The notes beneath the pieces were generated by a model. It had not been told where the DNA came from. It made no database searches and was given only the letters and a program-made list of their open reading frames with translations. From positions 10,718 through 74,717 of the forward strand of contig JAHRAO010000003.1 in NCBI GenBank assembly GCA_020027215.1: a stretch of 64,000 nt of DNA, written 5' to 3'. Of this stretch, positions 11,440 to 20,307 are shown in pieces (position 1 is the stretch's first letter; each line of letters opens with the position of its first letter). Origin of the DNA: Gammaproteobacteria bacterium (GTDB taxonomy: Bacteria > Pseudomonadota > Gammaproteobacteria > JABABF01 > JAHRAO01). A program made the position numbers and the translations under genes.

Positions 11440-12540
11440 ATGAGCCAGCACGCAGTGAGTTATATGCAGATACGCGGCGGCAGTTCCAAGGGGCTGTACT
11501 TCAATGCCAACGATATCCCCTCTGTACCAATTGAGCGAGATGCTTTTTTAGTCGCGGCAATGGGTAAAGGCAGCAGTCAGATAGATGGCCTTGGCGGCGG
11601 TCATCCATTGACCAGTAAGGCCGCCATAGTTTCACCTTCCACTCGCCATGATGCCGATATTGATTATCTATTTTGTCAGGTGGTCGTCGCTGAAGACCGA
11701 GTAGATACCAAACCTAATTGCGGAAATATACTTGCCGGCACAGGCGTATTTGCACTTGAATCGGGGATGATAAAAGCACAAGACAGTGAAACGCGTTTGA
11801 CCGTGCATATGGTCAACAGTAGCAAACTCTGTGAATTGGTCATCCCAACCCCCAACGGTAAAATAAATTATGCGGGCGATGCAAAAATTGCGGGCGTGCC
11901 GGGGAGTGCGGCACCCATCATCTGTAACTACAAAGATATAGCAGGGTCAGCCTGTGGTGCATTACTGCCGACTGGCCGTCCGCTCGATATTGTCGACGGC
12001 ATTGAAGTTACATGTATTGATAATGGTATGCCTGTGGTGGTGATGCGTGCTGCAGATATGGGCATTACCGGTTATGAAAATCCAGCAGACCTCAATGATA
12101 ACGAGGCACTAAAAGAGCGGTTACAGGCGATGCGCTTGCAATTGGGGCCCTTGATGCATTTAGGTGATGTTGACGGCGCCGCCGTGCCCAAAATGTGTAT
12201 GATATCGCCACCACAGCATGGAGGCTTGGTCAATACGCGCACTTTCATCCCCTATAAATGCCATGAATCAATCGGCGTATTGGGTGCCGTATCGGTCGCG
12301 ACTGCCTGTTTGCTCCCTAGGGGTGTTGCCAATACAGTCACACCATTTTCTGCTGGCTCGCAGCGCACACAAGCGATCACTGTGTCTATTGAACATCCCA
12401 GCGGCGAATTTTCTTGTGTATTAGATCTGTTTATAGAGCAGAACCACATTAAAATCAACAGTGCGGGATTGATGCGTACCGCGCGTTTATTAAGCCGCGG
12501 ACAATTATATATTCCCGATGAAATGATAACAAGTAGGTGA
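11440..12540 (+). CDS. ligU: 4-oxalomesaconate tautomerase (PrpF family)
   Basis: RGGSSKG, QIDGLGG..PLTSK, NCGNILAG, IDNGMP, EHPSG, RTAR. Confidence 0.88.
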   Translation: MSQHAVSYMQIRGGSSKGLYFNANDIPSVPIERDAFLVAAMGKGSSQIDGLGGGHPLTSKAAIVSPSTRHDADIDYLFCQVVVAEDRVDTKPNCGNILAGTGVFALESGMIKAQDSETRLTVHMVNSSKLCELVIPTPNGKINYAGDAKIAGVPGSAAPIICNYKDIAGSACGALLPTGRPLDIVDGIEVTCIDNGMPVVVMRAADMGITGYENPADLNDNEALKERLQAMRLQLGPLMHLGDVDGAAVPKMCMISPPQHGGLVNTRTFIPYKCHESIGVLGAVSVATACLLPRGVANTVTPFSAGSQRTQAITVSIEHPSGEFSCVLDLFIEQNHIKINSAGLMRTARLLSRGQLYIPDEMITSR

Positions 12541-12543
12541 AAA

Positions 12544-13257
12544 ATGAAGACAGTGGCCATAAAGAATATTGCACGTGTTAACGTCACAGTAGCAGAAGCA
12601 CTCGGTGCACTGGGCGTGGCGACCGTACACGAGGCGGCGGGAAGAGTAGGCTACCTTAAACCCTATATGCGCCCTATATACCCACATGCCCGAATCGGCG
12701 GTAGTGCAATCACCGTATTGGCACAACCGGGAGACAATTGGATGATTCATGTGGCGATTGAATTATGTCACCCTGGCGACATTTTAGTGGTGGCCTGTAC
12801 CAGCGACAGTACTGACGGGTTTTTTGGCGATCTTCTAGCCACTTCGGCAAAAGCGCGAGGCGTCAAGGGGTTGGTGATTGACGCCGGCGTGCGCGATATC
12901 AGAGATTTGCAGAAGATGGATTTTCCTGTTTGGTCAAAGGCGGTGTCCGCCAAAGGGACGGTCAAAAACACATTGGGTGCAGTCAATGTCCCTGTGGTCT
13001 GTGCGGGGCAGCTCGTCAATCCAGGTGACGCTATTATTGCCGACGATGACGGAGTGGTGGCGATTGAACGCCACCGGGCAAAGCAGGTTTTGAGTGCGGG
13101 ACAAGCGAGAGCCACCCAAGAAGCACAAAAACGCGCACAATTACAATCGGGAATATCGGGGATAGATTTATACAATATGCGCCCGCGACTTGAGGAGAGC
13201 GGTTTCAAATATTTAGATTCGCTGGCAGATTTAGACGACCGCACAGACGACACCTAA
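12544..13257 (+). CDS. ligK: 4-carboxy-4-hydroxy-2-oxoadipate aldolase (HMG/CHA aldolase)
   Basis: [32 protein letters not shown]. Confidence 0.92.
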   Translation: MKTVAIKNIARVNVTVAEALGALGVATVHEAAGRVGYLKPYMRPIYPHARIGGSAITVLAQPGDNWMIHVAIELCHPGDILVVACTSDSTDGFFGDLLATSAKARGVKGLVIDAGVRDIRDLQKMDFPVWSKAVSAKGTVKNTLGAVNVPVVCAGQLVNPGDAIIADDDGVVAIERHRAKQVLSAGQARATQEAQKRAQLQSGISGIDLYNMRPRLEESGFKYLDSLADLDDRTDDT

Positions 13258-13424
13258 GCTAGGATAAAGGGTATGCACAACTGTGCGAATGGTCATTAAA
13301 ACCATACGGCAACAAAAACATCATCTACCTAAAAATGATGGTATAGTATTGTGAGCCTTATCCAAACTTAGGCTTTTTAGTAATGTATGTGCCATTGTTT
13401 TTAGTATGAGGGAAGATTTACAAA

Positions 13425-15851
13425 ATGAATACCATATTTAACTCTGCTGCATTAGCCATCATTAGTGCCTCACTGCTATTGCCTGCAGTGAGTTTCGCCG
13501 AATTAGAGGAAATCATCGTCACCGCACAAAAACGACAGGAATCTCTGCAAGATGTGCCCATTGCGGTCACCGCCTTTACCGCAGATACACTGAATGCGTT
13601 AGGAGTCAATGATGTCACCGATGTGGTTAAATTCACCCCGGGACTAACCCTGAGCCAGCAAAATGGATCCAACAGAAATTACTTTCTGCGCGGTGTCGGC
13701 ACCTTTGATTTTCACCTCACCGCTGCATCAGCTGTAGGGCAGTATTTCGATGGTATCACTTTAACCAGCGGTTTTCACGCCCGGTCGGCGCTTTTTGACA
13801 TGGAGCGGGTGGAAGTATTAAAAGGACCACAAAATACGCTTTTTGGCCTGAATACGACTGGCGGCGCCGTAAATTATATCTCCAGAAAGCCAGAGATCGG
13901 TGACGGCTTAAACGGAGCGGTCAGCGGCAAGCTCGGCAATGATAGTCATTTGGGCATTGATGTCGCGATCGGATTTGACAATGGCAAAAATCTCGCCGGT
14001 CGCATCGCAGTCCATACCAATAGACATGATGGACCCTATGAAGCCATTTCAGATGGGCAAAAATTTGGTGCAGATAATTTAGTGGCCTATCGCGCAACAT
14101 TGTTGTGGCAACCTACCGATGCCACCAAAATCACTTTCAATATGCACGGATCATCCAACGACAATGATGGCGCTGCCGTGCGCGCAGTGGGCACACGGAC
14201 GATCGATAACAATGCTATAACAGCAACCAATACTTATGGCTTGGTACTCTGTTCGGCACTGCAAAACACCCCCATTGATTATGGCCAAATGACTAATTGC
14301 GTCAGCCGCGGCAACCGTCTAAATGGCCAGGCGCCAGTGAATCCCTCCACTAATGATTGGAAGCGCGTGACACAAGATTTAGGTTTTGAAGATCTATATA
14401 CTTTAGGGTATTACCTAAAGGTAGATCATGCATTTGATTTTGCCACTCTCAACTTGAGTCTCGCCATGGATAATCTTGAAGTGCAAACAGCACTGGATGG
14501 AGACGGGGGGCCGACAGCCTTACTTAACCTTCAACAAGAAGATGATCGCGATACGCAGCAATACGAAATCCGCTTGATCTCGCTCGATGATGCAGCATTT
14601 CGTTGGATTGCAGGAATCTATTATTTAGATGATACGTCCGATTCATATACGGGGGTCAATTCACCCGGATTTCCTGGACCGCCCGTATCACGCGGCATCA
14701 GAGTGGCGAATATACAGCTGGATACTGTAAAAACCAATTTAGGGGTATACGCCCAGGGTGAGGTTGATTTTAGTGATGCGCTGACCCTGACAGTGGGGTT
14801 GCGCTCGTCTGATGAAGAAATTATTGGCGATTACCTGCCGTCTGCTCCTGTTGCGACGAGCACACAGCTCGCTGCGCCTATATTTTCCGATACTATTGCG
14901 ACATTGGTGCGCCAACAATTCGCGGGGCAAACAGGATTTGACGCAAATGGCTATGAAATTGCACGCAAAGTGCGGCGAGTGCTCGACAACAATGATATCG
15001 GCTATACCATCAAGCTTGATTATAAAATGTCTGAAGACTCTTTGCTCTATTTTAGCGTATCCAAAGGATTTAAGGGCGGGGCTATAGACACCCGCGCCGC
15101 CTATGCATTAGTACCCGTGGCCAATGTCCAAACCAGTTTGGACGCAGCACAAATAGATCCCGAATCGCTTGACGCCTATGAAATTGGTTACAAAAGCGCG
15201 TTTGGCGAGAATATAAATCTGGATGTCGCAGTATTTCAGTATACCTATCAAAATCTACAACAATTTATTACACCTGGGGGCATTCCATCGCTGGATAATG
15301 CACCTGAATCTGAAATCACGGGATTAGATGGCAATTTGAGATACGCCACTGACCGTGGATTCTACCTTGATTTGGGATGGTCTTTCCTCAATTCAGAAGT
15401 GACCGATGGCGGAAATAGTCCTAATTTCTTTGCGGGGGCAGAGTTATCCAATGCACCGGATATGAGTTTATCTTTATTAGCCTCGCAGGAGATTTCATTG
15501 AGCGGCAATTTGCTGACTTTAACCGGCGGTATCAGCCATACGGGCGATCAGCTCCGCCGGACATTAGTTAACGGCAGTAATCAAATAGGCAATCTCCTCA
15601 CCGAACCTGCACATACTATAGTAAATACCAATGTGGCCTATCGTTTTGGGGAAGATCAAAAATATAACCTCGCATTTTTTATTGATAATGTACTGGATGA
15701 AAATTTTTGTGGGGGTCGGGTCGTAAACGACTCAAATGGCGTCCTCGCCAGTAATTTTAATCATCGGGCTTTAAGCTATAATGCGGTATGCCGTACATCC
15801 CGCGCCGCAACACGAACTTTAGGCGTATCTTTTAATTTAGCGCTGTTTTAG
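13425..15851 (+). CDS. TonB-dependent receptor
   Basis: Signal peptide, TonB box EEIIVTAQKR, plug motif ERVEVLKGPQ.TLFG.NTTGGA, C-terminal Phe. Confidence 0.93.
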   Translation: MNTIFNSAALAIISASLLLPAVSFAELEEIIVTAQKRQESLQDVPIAVTAFTADTLNALGVNDVTDVVKFTPGLTLSQQNGSNRNYFLRGVGTFDFHLTAASAVGQYFDGITLTSGFHARSALFDMERVEVLKGPQNTLFGLNTTGGAVNYISRKPEIGDGLNGAVSGKLGNDSHLGIDVAIGFDNGKNLAGRIAVHTNRHDGPYEAISDGQKFGADNLVAYRATLLWQPTDATKITFNMHGSSNDNDGAAVRAVGTRTIDNNAITATNTYGLVLCSALQNTPIDYGQMTNCVSRGNRLNGQAPVNPSTNDWKRVTQDLGFEDLYTLGYYLKVDHAFDFATLNLSLAMDNLEVQTALDGDGGPTALLNLQQEDDRDTQQYEIRLISLDDAAFRWIAGIYYLDDTSDSYTGVNSPGFPGPPVSRGIRVANIQLDTVKTNLGVYAQGEVDFSDALTLTVGLRSSDEEIIGDYLPSAPVATSTQLAAPIFSDTIATLVRQQFAGQTGFDANGYEIARKVRRVLDNNDIGYTIKLDYKMSEDSLLYFSVSKGFKGGAIDTRAAYALVPVANVQTSLDAAQIDPESLDAYEIGYKSAFGENINLDVAVFQYTYQNLQQFITPGGIPSLDNAPESEITGLDGNLRYATDRGFYLDLGWSFLNSEVTDGGNSPNFFAGAELSNAPDMSLSLLASQEISLSGNLLTLTGGISHTGDQLRRTLVNGSNQIGNLLTEPAHTIVNTNVAYRFGEDQKYNLAFFIDNVLDENFCGGRVVNDSNGVLASNFNHRALSYNAVCRTSRAATRTLGVSFNLALF

Positions 15852-15857
15852 CTGGGG

Positions 15858-16050
15858 GCTGTTTTGCGCTCGGGGCGTCCGTGCACCTCGCTTATTACGC
15901 CAGCCCAAAATTATCGCAAGACAAGTAATGCTCCATCTTGGGCTGGCGGGCGCTGTTCCCGACAGCGCTGACTGACTTTGCGTTCGGTATGTCTGTATAC
16001 CGAGATTGATGCATGGTCAACGCACCCAGCGTTGCTGTTTTAGCGCCCAA
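15858..16050 (+). repeat. Divergent copy of the multi-hairpin repeat plus a degenerate second module
   Basis: Same core TCGCAAGACAAGTAATGCTC with a different stem, CGCCAGCCCAA/TTGGGCTGGCG, followed by GCGCTGTTCCCGACAGCGC. Confidence 0.85.
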
Positions 16051-16115
16051 AAACATTTATAATAAGCAAATGTGCCTGAGTATAGCAATTTATCCTTTTT
16101 TGATATGGCTGCTGC

Positions 16116-16586
16116 ATGGCGATTTGTAGTGCGGATGAGCTGCGCCAATTTATTTGCTGGGCGGCAGAACGCCGCCACAAAGTGGTGATGACCAATGGCT
16201 GCTTTGATATATTGCACCCCGGGCATATCGCTTACTTGACCGCAGCAAAAGCGTTAGGCAACTACTTAGCGGTGGCGATCAATGATGATCATTCGGTATG
16301 CCGTCTCAAAGGATCGTCACGTCCGATCAATCCATTAGCCGATCGTATGGCAATGCTCGATGCACTGCGCAGCGTAGACTGGGTGCTCTCTTTCCCCCAA
16401 GATACCCCTCAAGAGCTTTATCAGCACTTGCGACCCCATGTATTAGTCAAAGGGGGAGATTATCGTATTGCCGATATTCCCGGTGCACAAGATGTGCAGG
16501 CACATGGCGGAGCAGTGGAAGTGCTCCCCTATGTCGCCGGCTATTCTACCTCACAATTTTTGCAACGGGTACAAGGATTAGTATGA
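16116..16586 (+). CDS. rfaE2: D-glycero-beta-D-manno-heptose 1-phosphate adenylyltransferase (stand-alone RfaE2/HldC domain)
   Basis: TNGCFDILHPGH, RLKG..RPIN, LVKGGDY, YSTS. Confidence 0.9.
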   Translation: MAICSADELRQFICWAAERRHKVVMTNGCFDILHPGHIAYLTAAKALGNYLAVAINDDHSVCRLKGSSRPINPLADRMAMLDALRSVDWVLSFPQDTPQELYQHLRPHVLVKGGDYRIADIPGAQDVQAHGGAVEVLPYVAGYSTSQFLQRVQGLV

Positions 16587-17506
16587 TCGCAATCACAGGT
16601 GGCGCTGGATTTATCGGCAGCCATATCGCCCGCAAATTCAACGAAATACACAGCGAAGAGGATCTCTTACTCGTTGACGATTTAACCGCTGGACAGCAAA
16701 AACTACGCAATATCGCCGATCTCAAGATTGCCGATTACTTAGATAAGGAACAATTTCGCACCCGTGTTGAAAAAGAAGATAAAAATTTGAAGTTAAAAGC
16801 GGTATTTCACTACGGCGCTTGCACCGATCGTAGCGAAGGGGATGGTCGCTATGTGATGGATAACAATTATCATTATTCCAAAACCCTCTTACACTACTGC
16901 TTGAATAAAAAGATTCCATTTATTTATGCCATCAGTACACAAGCAGAAAAAAAGACGAACATGGTTGATTATAGCCAATGGTTATTTGATCAGTATGTGC
17001 GAAACCGGCGTGAACCCAACAGCCGAATAAAAAGCCTACGGCTGTCCAATGTCTACGGTCCTTACGAACAACATAAGGGTCCTCAAGCGAGTTGTATTTT
17101 TCACCTTTGTCGCCAGGCGCTTCATCAACAGCGTATTCATCTACACGGATCGGCGGAAGCGGAACACAATAAAAAAAAATACCAGTTTCTCTGGGTTAAA
17201 GATATTGCCGTTACCAATGTTCATTTATACACTGAACTATCAGAAAAGAATATGGATTATCACGAAACAAGTCGTTATATCGTCAATGCCGACACAATAT
17301 CACTGTATGAATTAGCAGTGATCATAGCGCAGAAAGCCGGAATCAGCACTGATATGCAATATCTGAATACAAAGAGCGGCAACTATACTCCTGTACACAG
17401 CATCATACCCACTGATTCGAGTCCGTTCACTTGCGAAACATCCGTCTTTAATGGCATTGCCATGTATATACGCTGGCTTAATGATAATGCCGAAAGCATA
17501 GAGTGA
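16583..17506 (+). CDS. hldD: ADP-L-glycero-D-manno-heptose 6-epimerase-like protein, catalytic motif degenerate
   Basis: MIAITGGAGFIGS, IADYLDK, NNYHYSK.LL, NVYGP.EQHKG; ATGA overlap with the upstream gene places the start at 16583. Confidence 0.75.
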   Translation: MIAITGGAGFIGSHIARKFNEIHSEEDLLLVDDLTAGQQKLRNIADLKIADYLDKEQFRTRVEKEDKNLKLKAVFHYGACTDRSEGDGRYVMDNNYHYSKTLLHYCLNKKIPFIYAISTQAEKKTNMVDYSQWLFDQYVRNRREPNSRIKSLRLSNVYGPYEQHKGPQASCIFHLCRQALHQQRIHLHGSAEAEHNKKKYQFLWVKDIAVTNVHLYTELSEKNMDYHETSRYIVNADTISLYELAVIIAQKAGISTDMQYLNTKSGNYTPVHSIIPTDSSPFTCETSVFNGIAMYIRWLNDNAESIE

Positions 17507-18570
17507 ATTTCCCAAAAAATCACCGCTACTTAGCGGCGTTAGCGCAGGAACCCGTTGATCGCGTTCCCGTGTGGCTCATGCGCCAAGCGGGGCGATACTT
17601 GCCCGAATACCAGAAACTGCGCCAGCACGCTGGGGGTATTATGCCCCTTTTCCGCACTCCTGAATTAGCATGCACTGCCACATTACAGCCTTTACAACGC
17701 TACCCCTTAGATGCCGCTATACTCTTCTCCGATATTTTGACTATCCCCGATGCCATGGGGTTAGGTCTTTACTTTTCAGAAGGAGAAGGTCCACGCTTTC
17801 GCCACCCCATAAGAGAATTGCGCCAGATTAATGATTTACCTCTCATTGCGCCGGAGAAAGAATTGCGCTACGTGATGGATGCGGTAGCACTGATCTGCCG
17901 TGAATTAGCAGGGCGTACCCCGCTTATCGGATTTTGTGGATCGCCATGGACAATGGCATGTTATATGGTAGAAGGCGGGAATTTAGGTAATTTCCGCTAC
18001 ATTAAAACCTTATTGGGCGATTCGCCGGCGGCTGTGCATACTCTATTAGATAAATTAGCCCGTGTGGCCGCTGATTACCTCCAACAACAGGTCGTTGCCG
18101 GTGCACACGCCATACAAATTTTTGATAGTTGGGGAGGGGTTTTACACAAATCAGCCTATTGTGAGTTTTCACTGCGCTATACCAAACAAATTATTGACCG
18201 CCTCCGTTCATCTTCCATCACGCAAAACATTCCGGTCACTTTATTCACCCGCAATGGTTTTGCGTGGCTCAATGAAATGGCGCAGTGCGGATGCGATGCA
18301 CTCAGTTTAGATTGGCAAGTTGATATAGCGGCAGTGCGCACGCAATTAGATCGGCAAGTGGCCTTACAGGGCAATTTTGATCCTGCTCTCCTCTACACGT
18401 CGGTAGAGTATATCCGTCAACGCGCCGCACAAATATTGGATGGACATGATGGTATCGGGTATATTTTTAATCTCGGACATGGGGTGCCGCCCGATGTCCA
18501 CCCAGAAAAAGTTGGGGCATTGATCACTGCAATACAGGAGTTATCGGCGCAGCAGCCATCATCAAGATAA
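17503..18570 (+). CDS. hemE: Uroporphyrinogen decarboxylase
   Basis: PVWLMRQAGRYLPEY, AILFSDIL, QIFDSW, FNLGHG. Confidence 0.96.
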   Translation: MNFPKNHRYLAALAQEPVDRVPVWLMRQAGRYLPEYQKLRQHAGGIMPLFRTPELACTATLQPLQRYPLDAAILFSDILTIPDAMGLGLYFSEGEGPRFRHPIRELRQINDLPLIAPEKELRYVMDAVALICRELAGRTPLIGFCGSPWTMACYMVEGGNLGNFRYIKTLLGDSPAAVHTLLDKLARVAADYLQQQVVAGAHAIQIFDSWGGVLHKSAYCEFSLRYTKQIIDRLRSSSITQNIPVTLFTRNGFAWLNEMAQCGCDALSLDWQVDIAAVRTQLDRQVALQGNFDPALLYTSVEYIRQRAAQILDGHDGIGYIFNLGHGVPPDVHPEKVGALITAIQELSAQQPSSR

Positions 18571-18576
18571 TAAAAA

Positions 18577-19008
18577 TCACTCTTGTGCAGGCGGAATGCG
18601 GGTGGTCAGCACGCGAGCGACACGGCTCTGGGTATCAAAATATATTTTCAATACAAGTTCGGGCTGTTGATACTGTGTCTGACGCACAGTATCAGGCACA
18701 AATGAGATCACTGTGCTCTGCGCTGTGCTGTGTTCGGTGAGTACCTGTCCATAACGCCGATACATCCACACCACTGTGCGGTCAATTTCTTTTATTGTAT
18801 CGGGCACTCCGATACGATAAAGGATTTCTTGCTGAGTTGTCTCACCGATATGCAGGTGAGTCACAATACGCTGCTCCGCCAATAGCAATGACTGCTCCTG
18901 ATCGTTATGAATCAGGGGCGCAGGACGATAACATTGACCGAGCACCGCAACCATTACCACAATAATCGCCGTATAAGGTAAGAACCAACAATTCACATAT
19001 GACTTCAA
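18577..19008 (-). CDS. Hypothetical envelope protein, SmpA/BamE-like domain
   Basis: Hydrophobic N-terminus with Cys; L.IGETTQQEIL..IG.P...W.Y...L.I.FD...V pattern. Confidence 0.5.
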   Translation of the reverse strand: MKSYVNCWFLPYTAIIVVMVAVLGQCYRPAPLIHNDQEQSLLLAEQRIVTHLHIGETTQQEILYRIGVPDTIKEIDRTVVWMYRRYGQVLTEHSTAQSTVISFVPDTVRQTQYQQPELVLKIYFDTQSRVARVLTTRIPPAQE

Positions 19009-20225
19009 TTGGCTTTATACCGTAAAAGAATAGTACCGATAGTTCTCAGGGCGATATTAATATCTAACCAATAAGAACAGTACTTTATGTAATACAAGTC
19101 GTATTCTAATTTCACCCGAATGGCATCAATGTCCACCGCATGGGTGTGTCCATGCATCACTTGCGCCCAACCGGTAATGCCCGGTTTAATCATATATTTA
19201 TACCTATAGTAAGGAATCTGTTTTTTGTAGGTGTCGTGGAGTGATTGATCTTCAGGGCGGGGACCGATTAAGCTCATATCTCCTTTAAGAACATTCCATA
19301 ATTGTGGGAGTTCGTCCAAACGAAAAGCACGGATAAAACGCCCGACAAAAGTCACTTGCTTCGTTGGTGTCGCCGACATGCTACGGAATTTGACCATCTT
19401 AAACGGTTTTTCTCGCTGTCCAACGCGCAGACCAATATACAACACCGGTCCCTTGGAGGTTAACTTCACGGCAATGGCAATCATGATGGATACAGGTATC
19501 GTGATGATAAGCAATGCCAATGCGGCAACAATATCGAGCAAACGCTTAGTCCATAATCGGAGGGGGTGGATAAATAATTTATCTAAGTGATCGGCACGCG
19601 CATCTTGCAACGCAATTTGCCCAGTCAATCCTTCTCGTAAGTGAGTTGCATCGTATACAGTCCGATTATTCATCACACAATTGGCGATAAAGTCAGCCCA
19701 CTCGTTAGGCAAATTAGCATATGTATCTACAACTATTGCTTCTTGGGTAGCAATAGGTTCCTCGGGAGGGCGGCTCAACACTCGCCAATGTCCTGGGAAT
19801 TGTAAAAGAGTTTGTGATGTCCCATAAGGAACAACCAAAAATTGTTCTACGCGGGTTTTGGGCTTACGCAACGAATAACGTATCGCATACCATAATAAAG
19901 TAATAATAAAACTTGCCACCAACAATACGCGCGAATACTCTAGTCGGGATAATATCAAACCCAATATGAGCAACCCAAAAACCGAGGCGGTCACAGGGAT
20001 CACATGCGATAAGACTAACTTTCCGGGTAGTTTTTTCATTTGCTGTAAAAACACCGCGATAATAAACACCGCACAGTTCGCCCCGACAAGAGTATTGACC
20101 TCGCTATCGGCGAGCGGTACATTCATTCCAAGCCACCTCACAAGTGCTAATAGGCAGAGGATCAGCACAATGGCGAGAAAATCACTCCACAATAATAATT
20201 GGCTCAACGGGTTGCGAGTAAACAT
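19005..20225 (-). CDS. Polyprenyl glycosylphosphotransferase (WcaJ/WbaP-type sugar transferase)
   Basis: Four N-terminal TM segments, KRLLDI, KFRSM, LDELPQLWNVLKGDMSLIGPRPE, KPGITGWAQV. Confidence 0.9.
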   Translation of the reverse strand: MFTRNPLSQLLLWSDFLAIVLILCLLALVRWLGMNVPLADSEVNTLVGANCAVFIIAVFLQQMKKLPGKLVLSHVIPVTASVFGLLILGLILSRLEYSRVLLVASFIITLLWYAIRYSLRKPKTRVEQFLVVPYGTSQTLLQFPGHWRVLSRPPEEPIATQEAIVVDTYANLPNEWADFIANCVMNNRTVYDATHLREGLTGQIALQDARADHLDKLFIHPLRLWTKRLLDIVAALALLIITIPVSIMIAIAVKLTSKGPVLYIGLRVGQREKPFKMVKFRSMSATPTKQVTFVGRFIRAFRLDELPQLWNVLKGDMSLIGPRPEDQSLHDTYKKQIPYYRYKYMIKPGITGWAQVMHGHTHAVDIDAIRVKLEYDLYYIKYCSYWLDINIALRTIGTILLRYKAN

Positions 20226-20307
20226 TTTTCAATTATAATAATCATCATATTTTAATTCCTACCAGTACCTATTATGAAATATTACCGGTTATAGAATAAG
20301 CGCAACC

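Noticed and set aside
13354..13378. Intrinsic terminator between ligK and the TonB receptor
   Set aside because: Stem AGCCT/AGGCT is short with a long loop; insufficient support.
16298..16582. N-terminal extension or fusion on HldD
   Set aside because: It overlaps rfaE2 in another frame; the ATGA-coupled start at 16583 fits the family.
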